Source: Circinaria calcarea
Taxonomy: Eukaryota
Length of the DNA stretch: 64,000 nucleotides
Assembly (NCBI GenBank): GCA_051942165.1
Contig: JAVECS010000001.1
Span: 1 to 64,000 of the forward strand
Reading direction: 5' to 3'
The position numbers and the translations under genes are program-made. The notes under the pieces are model-generated. The model saw only the letters and a list, made by a program, of their open reading frames with translations, had not been told where the DNA came from and did no database searches. The number at the start of each line of letters is the position of its first letter. Position 1 is the first letter of the stretch. This document shows, in pieces, positions 13,288 to 23,900 of the stretch.

Positions 13288-14935
13288 TCATGCCCGTATC
13301 AAAACAACATTGCATCTCTCAGGCATACCATTCATCGCGCCTATACCCTTATTATCCTCAGGTGAGCACCTTATCTCTTTGAAGTCTCTTGCGAGCTTGG
13401 CGAGGGCGAATTGTGCTTCTACCAGGGCTTTTTCTTTTCCCAAGCAAGCTCTGGGGCCCCTGCCAAAAGGGATATACTCCCATACCTTCGGGCGGATGAA
13501 ATCCCAGCGCTCTGGGTAGAAGGTCTCTGGTCTGGGACCGAACACCGAAGGCACCCGATGTAAGGCCATTACGTTTATCTTTACTTCTGTGCCCTTGGGA
13601 ACGTAAATCGGAGATTTTCCGTCCATGCCTCCACCCACAGGTAGAGTGGTGTCCGCAGATGCTGTGCGCAATGCTAGGGTGGCAGAAGGGTATAAACGCA
13701 GAGCTTACAGGTAGAAGATTAGCAGGATTCACTGGAGTTTGTCAATTCTCAATGAAAGGATATAGTACTTTCGTTCAAGACCTTTCGTATATATGGCATA
13801 CTTCTCACTGACTCATAATCACAGGACTTTGTGCTGTATTGAAGAGCCTCCTCCCTGAGTCGCCTCCATACGTTAGGATGCTGAGATAATAGAGAGCAAA
13901 CACAGGTCAACAAGCCGGCTACTGTCTGAGGGGCCGCCATGAAGAACTGTAGGATCTCGTTTCGTAACTCAGCCTTATCTTCAAATTGTTGAAAGAGTGA
14001 TTGGAGGAGAGTCTTAGGGCCTTGCATATCGAATTGAACTTGTGATACGTCTGGAGCGCTTGAACTGTAATCTCGACGCTGGCGTAATGCTTCGTCTACA
14101 AGTCTATCAGCAAACTTGTTGGCGAACATACATGCTTCCACCCATTTCTTGTTCTTGTAGAGGTATCTGAGGAGTCCCATAGCATCGCGGTTATATGAGC
14201 CGATCAAAGCCAGAGCAAACTCCTTACGGATTCCTGCTATGTTGGCCGGCTCATCACCCGGGAGCGACTCGATGGGATCTCCCACGAACCAAATATATGC
14301 AGCTTTGAAGTACTAGAGAATATGTTAACATAGCTTAATGTCGGTGACATGCTGTTAGCTGCCGTACTAACCATATCATAAAATATTGGTTGCAGATCCA
14401 CGGCCGACCCAATCATTGGGATACGATTAAAGGCCTCAGTTAAAATGGCATCAAACATGGTCAAGTTGATGCATGCCGATTTGCGGAAACAAGGCGTGAC
14501 TGTTGCCCGCGCTACCGCCCATCTTTCACCATCAGCTGTTAAAATACCACGGCCACAGAATGGTCCTAATGCCCGAAGTTTGGTAGGCTCCACCGCCCAG
14601 TCCTCGAAACAAGAAGCCCAGATTGCTTGTACGTTTCGTGGCTCTATTGTGTATATGGTGGTTGGGCCCATCATGGTCGTCTGAAAGGTAGATTCATGCT
14701 TGCTGTTAAGACGTGCCTGATCTGGAATAAACTCGTGTCTTTGAGGTAGCCGTCTTGTCTTAAAGAAAAGATACAACCCCAGCGCAAAGGGGTACTCTTT
14801 AGGAGAATGGCATCCATGCTCCTTGGCTGACGGACGATGACAGAGACGAGTGTAAAAAATGGATGATGTATAGTAATAGATCACGGCCACTGCAATACAT
14901 AGAACTCCGATCGAAGCGGAGCTGGTAAGTGCCAT
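13288..14935 (-). CDS. Cytochrome P450 monooxygenase, CYP52-like clan
   Basis: Exons 14935-14372, 14312-13769, 13703-13288 are in frame. N-terminal TM anchor, GILTADGERW, ETLR (ExxR, across intron 2), DTTLPVGGG, PERW, heme motif FGRGPRACLG. Confidence 0.92.
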
Positions 14936-15734
14936 GATAAGTAAACAAAGGTCAAATCAAATAGACTTTTGATGAAGTATTTCCAGACTTAGCTAATTCT
15001 GATGTGGTTGCAAGGCAGAAACGTGTCGTGTAAAGTGCATTGAGCAAATGGGCCTGCAGAACACGGCCTTAAAGGTCTATCATCGGTAGGTTATATCCAA
15101 ATATGTACGCTGTCTCTACTTCATCATAAGACTAGATACTGTTTACATATTCTGCATACAGGGCCTCGCGTGAAGAATATCTAAATATATCAAGGCAAAA
15201 TCATCCACACACAGAGAAAGTGGACAGCGCATTCTCTGAAAACAGCCAAAAGGAGATGTAGCTCGTCCTGCATGAAGAAACCAATTGGGAAGCTATAGTA
15301 CTCGAACGAGCTGCAAGCAGTAGGAATCACTTCCGCCGACCCGTCTCCGAGCTATGGCCACCCACTAAGGAGCTAGCGCACATTAAATAGTGTTGAATAT
15401 ATAGTGCGAATCGGTATTCATTACTGCCACTACTACTGGAGAAACTAGAATACATGTGGGGAATACAGGAAATTTATGCCTGTATTGCAAAATTTTCCTG
15501 CCTCTGAACCACAGCCAATACGATATTTGCCACGATCACATGCATGTTAAATAACCGTATGGTATTTTTCTCACTCATAATCACTATTCCTAATCGCCTA
15601 ATTGCAACACAGAGGATAATAACCAAGCTTCAACTATGCGGGTGAACTTGATTCGCAGCAGCCCAGCATTTGTCTTTAGCCAGAATGATTTAGTCCGCTG
15701 GCTCTGCCATGGAAGGATTGATTCAATGCTCTGA

Positions 15735-15764
15735 TCCACTCGGGAGGCTTCCACTCGGGAGGCT
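15735..15764. repeat. Perfect 15-bp tandem duplication (TCCACTCGGGAGGCT x2)
   Basis: Seen directly at 15735-15749 and 15750-15764. Confidence 0.9.
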
Positions 15765-16169
15765 TATAGCCTGCCGGTGCCTAGGGGTTGCACTGAACTG
15801 GCAATGGTGGTGTACTGCACGGCACCGGCTGCACTATTGGAGGCCTTTAGCCAATCACAAAGCCCTACCATTACCAAGAAGGATTCCTGACCGTACATGA
15901 GAAAGTATTTGCGTGGGGTAGTGCGCCATAGAGCCTGCCGTCCCCGTGTCACTCGTTTTACCTATTAGTTCGCATTAATCCCGTATGCCATGCGAGTGGA
16001 TATTGGATACCTTATCTTTAGTTGGCGGAGATGTGCAAGCAATAGGTGAAAACAAGCTCAGCCTATGAATACGACAGTGCCAGGGGTAGAAATGGAGAAT
16101 GCATGGATAAACAAGGCGGCCATACCGGAGCTATTCAGTTTAGCTAGATGCTGGAGCCCTACCATTGCT

Positions 16170-16183
16170 CCCCCCCCCCCCCC
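16170..16183. repeat. C14 homopolymer
   Basis: 14 consecutive C residues. Confidence 0.95.
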
Positions 16184-16947
16184 TAGATAACCGTGCCGCG
16201 TGATGCCGGCGTTACCAACCACCCTAACAATAAAACCTTAATTTCTACTACTATGGTACTAAAAGACAGGAAGGTGAGATGGATTATCAATAAAGCCAGC
16301 GGGAGCCAGAAAAATCAATTCCACCTCTCTTCCTTAGTTCACGGGAGATCCTTTGCTTAGCGCCGCTAAAGCACCGCTAGCAGGCAGCACGCCATATAAT
16401 TACGTAATGAGGAGCACATGTTTGCCTGAATCTTCGATAAGGGTAATAGCCTGTCGGCGGTAGCAACGACGTGTGGATTCGCGTTGCAGAAGCGAGGGGG
16501 GCTAGTCGCTGCTGCGGAGATTTGGGATTAGGGGGTCGATGCCAGGCGGGGATGAGTATAATTATGGAATTCGGTGATGGTGAGGCTAGAGGAAGCACCT
16601 CCATGGCTATGGGATTAAGTCGCTAAGGGATGTGGGAAAGTAGGAAATTGTTGTGAACGAAAGTTTCTGGGAAAACTGCATCGATGTCGCTCTGGCGTTC
16701 TATAAGTCACACGTTAACTCTGAAATCTGGCATTGCGAGTGGCATATAATTCTAGCCTGTCTCAGATAAGTCTCAGATTTTGGCAAAAAGCGCCAGCTGT
16801 TTAAACTCCTAAGAGTTGGTTTACCCCATCGAATCAAGTTCCTCGGAGAATAGGTATCATCACTTAGCACACGCAGCCCCATTTCACCCTAGCCTGAAAC
16901 TTTTACTTAGTATGGTTTCAAGTCTCTCAGATCCAGCTCCATACGGG

Positions 16948-18257
16948 TTAAGGTGTTGCCAGACGATGCATTTCGAACTCGGTACTCCTCTCCGGCGTAA
17001 TGGTCGTATCCTGAGTAATATCTGTTTGTAGTTCTTGCCATGCTCTTTTTGCATAAGTCGATTCGCTCCGTTGACTAACTCTATAAGCCTTCTTCTGCTC
17101 AGCGCTTTTAGGACCTGATGCGCCATTGAAATTAAATAACTTAAGCCTATTTATACATGAAACTCCCCAAGTTTCTTGTACAAGCGGGCCTAGTGTTGGA
17201 ATGCACGCCGCGACGGTGGACATGCAGGCTTCAATAACGGACCAGAGAATAATTCGGGCAGTATTAACTATAATGGGTTTATTAGTATAATTGCTAGAAA
17301 ATCCAAATAAAATCTTTATCGTACAAAAAATGATTGCGGATGGGGCACCATTATTGAGCAGATTAAGATAACTGATACAATAAACGAGACGGACTATAGA
17401 CGCTATCACGCAGCTATAGTAAAAAAAGGATAATAATTTACATTCCCTTATAATTCTCAATAGGTGAGACTTACAATAAACCAAGCCAGAAAACACCAGC
17501 CAGATAAAACTTCTTTTTTCTACTTATTTGAAGTTTCCTAATAACGAAAAGGGGTAGGCAAAGCGTAATTATATCAATGGTCATGCCTGTCACGCCAGTT
17601 CCTATCAAAAAGCCGGGGAAATTAATACGGTAATATCCGAAGTTGGTCCAGTGCGCAGAAAAAGGCGTCGATGAGAACATTGTCCCCTAGGGTTATTAGT
17701 ATTATTAGGGAAACCCTACCCGTACGGATGCTCACGAAAAAAAGAAGATGCCCACCAGCATAAAACGATGCCCATAACGGTATTGGCAGACCGCCAGAAT
17801 GTTGGAGATACAAAAATACGTTTGTAGAAAAGAAGGATCGATATCTTGACGATGCTAATAGATGCGGTAGAAACAAATTGGAATGCGAATAATAGCTTAG
17901 TTCAGGTTAACAAATATTAGTGAATGCCGCAGGATAATTCCCGTGTACCTTTGCGTAGCTTTCCCTTTTCATCTTGGTCATCGTTTGTCGGGTCTGACCG
18001 ATGCCAGCATTGAAGGCACCATAAACGGTTATAGCACCTAAAGCAATATCAAGAACCTAATTTGTTAGAATCTTGGAAGGTCTAGTACATTAGATTCGGG
18101 CTCATACCAAGGCGATAACGATAACGTAATCATCGAGAAATAGCGGTTGTCCCTTTAGCCTACGTGCTTTGAAGCGCAATATCACCGCAATAGTAGCAAG
18201 TATTGGCAATATAAAGCAGGCAACAATTATTGAGGTTGAAAGTGACGAGTAAGGCAT
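16948..18257 (-). pseudogene. Pth11-like / fungal rhodopsin-domain integral membrane protein (no CFEM domain) with one apparent frameshift
   Basis: Exons 18257-18108, 18056-17949, 17895-17736, 17686-17475, 17413-17325, 17267-16948. Motifs AVILRFKARR..LFLDDYVIVIAL, KISILLFYKRIF, DIITLCLPL..IRKLQISRKKK, CVIASIVRL, WSVIEAC...ACIPTLGPL. Exon 3 (160 nt) ends in phase 1 but exon 4 needs phase 0. The family call is strong; pseudogene versus sequencing error is uncertain. Confidence 0.7.
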
Positions 18258-18601
18258 TATCAAAGCACTGTGAAAGCACTATCATACAACACCTATATGA
18301 GATAACTAACTGGGGCACTTTAAGATATAAGCCCAAAAGTGCGGAAGAGAAAGTCGAGTACCAATTGGGGCTATATATATAAGAAGCACACGTATCGCCG
18401 CTGGGTCTAGCCCTGTTCTCTCATTTCCCGAGCGGATATATGGGCACCTAAAGCCGCATCTGTATTCATGCAGTCATCCTTGTATAGTATTTTGATGAGT
18501 GGAATAATGTGACCAATAGTTGGATGTATTTGGCGAATAGGTGTGACATACCAATAGAAGGATGATAGGCCCCCACTCCCCAAAGTCTTTGGATGAGGCA
18601 C

Positions 18602-18700
18602 AGGGAGCGGCATAAGTCATGGCACCTCCAAGATCCCGCCGACCTAGTATTATGTTGGTCGGCGGAACCTCGGATGGTGCCATGACTTATGCCGCCCCCT
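18602..18700. repeat. Long inverted repeat / hairpin (candidate MITE-like relic or structured RNA)
   Basis: GCGGCATAAGTCATGGCACC (18607-18626) is the exact reverse complement of 18676-18695. Inner CCGCCGACC (18636-18644) pairs with GGTCGGCGG (18657-18665). Confidence 0.85.
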
Positions 18701-19045
18701 ATGAGGGAGTAATCACCTACTCCGTAAGGAGTAACGTACTATCACTTCAGCTGTAACTTAGCGGAGCAACACCGCCTGCAGGGAAAGTTGAAAGCTTTGC
18801 ACCTGCATCATTATGGCCCTGCAGGTGCTAAAACTTGAAGGCCTACAATTTTATGTGTGGCAGCCTTGCAAGCAAAATAGACTCATAACACTGTTGTCTA
18901 TAAATTGACCTTCTTACACAATTGATACGGCCTCTCCATTACTATAGAATAGAAAGCTACATTTACTCTGCAACTGACTACGAATCAAGGAACCGGACTC
19001 CGTATCGTTTGTTACTGTTGATTGTTTTGCTCAATTTCAAGAAAA

Positions 19046-20572
19046 ATGGCTCCTACTCGAGTTGCAGAGCTCACCTCCATGATCGCGGAGCACACCGCTC
19101 ACATTGACAATTATCTTGCCTCGCAAGGCCTTCCAACTCCTTCCTTTGACGCGAACGCACCCCCAGACCAACCCTTCCCAGACTCCGTCGCTGCCTCTCG
19201 TGAGATTGTCCTAGGGGCGACAGATGAACTCCATAGTCTAATACTTGGACCAATTGGACTTCTAACATACCCATATGTATGTTCGACCCGCAGATCCAAG
19301 TCTTCAACTACGATGTGGCTGACGCAATGTGCCAACTACCAGCATAACCATTTTATCAGTCTTCATGCAATTTACCGCTTTGATATTGCTTCAAGTTTTC
19401 CTGAAGGCCAGGACGAGGCATCTTACGACGAAATCGCCCGTGCCTGCGGCTTGAGTGAGCCTGATACGAGACGTATCCTACGCAGTGCTATGACGCATCA
19501 TATCTTTCGAGAGTCCCGCAAAGGAATTGTCGCCCATACCACCGCCTCCAAAATGCTTGCGGTTAATCCTTCGATGCGGGGATGGGTCGGGATGGTGTTG
19601 GAAGACATGTGGCCATCAGCAGCACAGGTTGAATAAGTTTCCTCGATGCAAAGCATCAACATAACCGCTCGTGCTCGCTCATACTCTTGCAGACGGTTAA
19701 CGCCATGGCAAAATGGCCAGGTTCTCAAGAACCGAATCAAACGGTACTTTCTGGACTGGTGAAGTGCAACTGCGGCTGACTCCTCATCCATAGGGTTTCA
19801 ACATAGCATTTGACACCCAAGAGCCTCTATTCACCGTGCTTGCAAAGAACCCCTCCCGTGCTCAGCGTTTCGCAGAGGCCATGAGCTATTTCAGTACCGG
19901 TGGAGGTTACGAGCCCCAATATCTTCTCGATAACTACCCATGGGCTTCCCTTGGCAAAGCAACCGTTGTCGACGTTGGCGGCTCTTATGGTTCTGTTAGC
20001 ATTGCACTTGCGCAGCAATTTCCCTCCCTCCGCTGCGTCGTCCAAGACAGACCGGAGGTGGTGGTTGATGGCCCGGCGAGAATTCCACCTGAGCTCACGG
20101 ATCGAGTGAGCTTTCAACCACATGATTTTTTCACAGATCAGCCTATCAAAGGCGCGGATATCTATTTCTTTCGATGGATCTTTCATGATTGGTCGGATAA
20201 ATATTCTATCAAGATTTTGAGGTGTCTAATTCCAGCGCTTAAACGTGGCGCAAGAATTGTCATTAACGAATATTTGTTACCGGAGCCAGGTGTGCTCTCA
20301 GCGTATACCGAAAGAGGATTGCGGTAAGTGGCCAGCTTCCCAAAAACATGAAACCTCGGACACGATTGCCTGGTATTCTTACATTCAATTCCTCTAACAC
20401 AAACATCAGAGCATTTGACCTAGCCATGCTGGAGTTGCAGAATGCGAAAGAGCGCGAGGAAGGTGATTGGGCCCAATTATTCCGAGACGCCGATCCGAGG
20501 TTCAGATTTGTAGGAGTCAAGCAACCACCGTTTTCGAAACTGGGCATTATTGAGGCGGCTTGGGAAGGTTAA
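19046..20572 (+). CDS. SAM-dependent O-methyltransferase (Methyltransf_2, fungal secondary-metabolite type)
   Basis: Exons 19046-19276, 19343-19627, 19693-19743, 19794-20323, 20410-20572 are in frame. Motifs YLASQGLPTPSF, VVDVGGSYG, HDFFTDQP, FFRWIFHDWSD, NAKEREEGDW. Confidence 0.93.
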
Positions 20573-20957
20573 TTGAAAACGAACCTAGAAGCCCCTTTGG
20601 ATCCTATCTAATTACATGCGTTGTCACTGCTGCCATAGTAATTCTCACGAGGCTCCACTTTACCATCGACAATCATATAGAAAAAGGCACGGTCGAAGTT
20701 CTCTCATGCTTCTGATTCCGAATAGTTCGATTCTTATCCGAGACCAAAAGGCTATGATATAAATACCTATAGTACACATGGACCCTTCGTCATCTCATCG
20801 CCGCATCACAAACAGCCGCCGGGGCAAAAACGCCGTATCGCTATGCGCGCTCTCCTTTTCAGTGGTTTCCATGCATGTCGCACAAGCAAATGGGTAATTG
20901 TAAATGCCAAACGCTCAGACAAGAGTTCAAAACGCCTGGCAGAACCCTGCTTCCGTC

Positions 20958-23900
20958 TTACTCCTTTTCCTCCAATTCCTCCGGTAGGGGGCGGTCCCGC
21001 AAGAAGATGTGGGGTCCGCCGGGTGTTACCAATTCGAGGATCAAATTTCCGAGAACACGCCATTCGACGGGTTTGGCGGCGTATTGAGTGAAGCCTGCCT
21101 GCGCGGATTCCCGCCATCCTTTTGTCATGACGTTGGCGGATAAGGAGATCATAGGAACGTGGGGGTGGCCTTTTGCGACTTCCCACCTCCGGATTTCCCG
21201 GCAGGCTGTGTACCCATCCTTGATGGGCATCTCGATGTCACACTGCAATGTATGTTAGAGGGTCCCATTCGAAGAGAGTATTGGCGATATGGGTTACGGT
21301 TAATCGGGGTTAGAGACCCAGGAATACTTACAACAATGACAGAGTAGTACAAAGGCTCATGCTGAAATACCGCATCAACCGCTTGCTGTCCATCCCAGAC
21401 CTTGGTGACTTCTAGGCAGCAGACATTGGACAAGAAATGGGTAAGCATCTAGAAATAGATGAGTACATATTCTAAGCAACGGCAGTAATAGAAGTGAGCT
21501 TACATCCATATTCAAGTGATTATCCTCGACTGCAAGCACCCGAATGCCTTTATTACCTAAAGCCTCCTTGAAGAGCTTAAAAGCTGCCTTTTGCAACCTC
21601 TGCTTTTCGCGAGCCTCCTCACGCGTCCTGTCATCATTGCTTTGCGCGTTCTCTTGGTCCGGATCGAATATCTTGGCAAACTTGTGAGGCCTCGCTGGCT
21701 TCATGAGGAAACGCAGACGGCCATCTTCGCACAACTGCTTGTAATCGTAATTCGGAGCGGCATTGGTGATTGCAGTTTTCTGTGCTTGATCCGTAACAAC
21801 TACGATACAAGTGTGTGGATGTGAGATGGAATTTAGAATCTCGTCCATAAACGCAAGGACCTCCGTAGCAGCACTGAGTTGTAGCACAACGTGAGTAAAG
21901 GTGATGGGATCATCTCCGGTAATCATCTTCCGGCTAGCTTCAACATTACCTTGGGCGGTTACCTTAGCAGGTACCGATTTGGGTAGTACGCGTTGAATAT
22001 GCTCTTGCGTGGTCCGACGTGTATTCTCCTGAGGACAGACGATAAGAATGGATAACATAAGAGGAGGACGGAAAGATTCCGGTTCAATGGATATGATAGC
22101 TTTTGCATTATTGACCCCAGAGGTTGCTGCTCCCCCAGCCTTACCAATACCAAACTTTACCGGAGAATTTGGCTCCAGGGAGCCTTTGCTTAGCTCGCCA
22201 ATCTGTGGTGGAAGCTTCAAGTTCAGGGACCTCAACTCGACTTCATCGGCCATAGTTGAGGTGGATGACCTTACAGAGGGACGAAAGGACAACGAACCAA
22301 TCGAGGGGTCCGAGCTTGCGGAAGAGTTTACGGCAGGGGAACCGAGCGCTGACCCAGGAGGTCCAACCGATGGACCGGGAGATTCAGTAAGATGTCCGGG
22401 GAGAAATTCGCCTTGCATCAAACGGCGAGGAGAGAGTAAGAAAGGCTCTTGCAACACAGAAGAATATGAAGAAATCGACTCAACAGTCGACTCTCGAATA
22501 CTGAATCTGGCATAGAAAGTAAAGGTAGACCCTTGGCCGGGAACAGAGGTCGCGTCGATTTGTCCTCCATGGAGCTGTACCATGTTCATAGATAGAATCA
22601 GACCGAGGCCAGTCCCACCGTTTGACCGAGTGTTGCTGTTGTCAATCTGGCTGTATGGCTTGAACAGTAGTTTCCGCTCCTCTTCGCTAAATCCACTACC
22701 GGTATCTTTGACACAGAATTGCAAGTAAATCTCGTTTGGTTCAAGCTTTCGTTTACCTGGATGAAGGAATGATGGTTCATCCATTATATTGCACTGGATC
22801 CAGATCTCACCCTGCTGTGTGAACTTGATTGCATTCCCGACCAAGTTGAGTAAGACCTGCTTGATGCGACCACCGTCGCCCTTCACTGATGAGGGGACTG
22901 CTTCAGCTACCTCGTAACATAGCTCAAGACCTTTTTGGCCGGCCTTGGCATTCAATGTTTCGACGACTTCTTCGATAACGCCACGAACACTGAACCAGTC
23001 ATAGAAGAGCTTTAGCATTTTAGCTTCAGCTTTGGAGAGGTCAAGGATGTCGTTGAGGATTTTGTGCATTCCATCAGCTGCCTTTGTGGCCGCAAATGCC
23101 CAATCCGATTGGAATTCATCCAGACCACTGTTGGTCAAAAACTGGAGGTTTCCGAGGATCCCGTTCAATGGCGTTCTTATCTCATGGGACATGGAGCTGA
23201 GGTATTCCATCTTCCGGCTCATCTCCTTCTCCACGGTACCGCAAGCTTGCTTCAGCTGATCCTCAATCCTCTTTTGGTCACTTATGTCTGCACAGGCAAT
23301 GATCCACTGCGCGTCTCCTTGACCGAAATTGACGGATTCAATGAGGGAGCCTTGCACCAGATGCCATCGGTACTCGTTAGACTTGGACCTCAGTCGCATT
23401 TCGGTAGTGATGGACAAGTTGCCTTGGCCATCCTTGGAGCACTTGATAACGCCCTGTTTCACTAGATCTCGAAGCAAGTCACTGGGTGCCTCCACGACCG
23501 AAGATCCACCCGGTCTATGGGGTTTCATTGTCCTATCTGTTATAATTGATTCCTCAGACTCATCGGTTACGATTGAAGGTGATGGTTCACGTGTAATTGG
23601 CTCGTTTGGGAATAACAATCCACTGATTGATTTGGGATCAGTGTGCTTGCCGATGTCCGGGAAGCGGCATTTGTACAGGTCATCTGGATGGACATGCTGC
23701 AAAAACCCAAAACCAAGGGTCTCCTCAAGGCTTTGACCAGAGTACGAAAGCCATTGCGTGTTGGCAAATGTCATTCCAGTTGGGACAGAAGCAGCAAAAA
23801 TAATATGCGGATTCGAGTTAGCTAAGGAGCGATATTTAGATTCCGAGGCGGCTTTTTCCTTCTGTCGAGCAGCTTGAACTTCGGCACAGTGTTGTTCATG

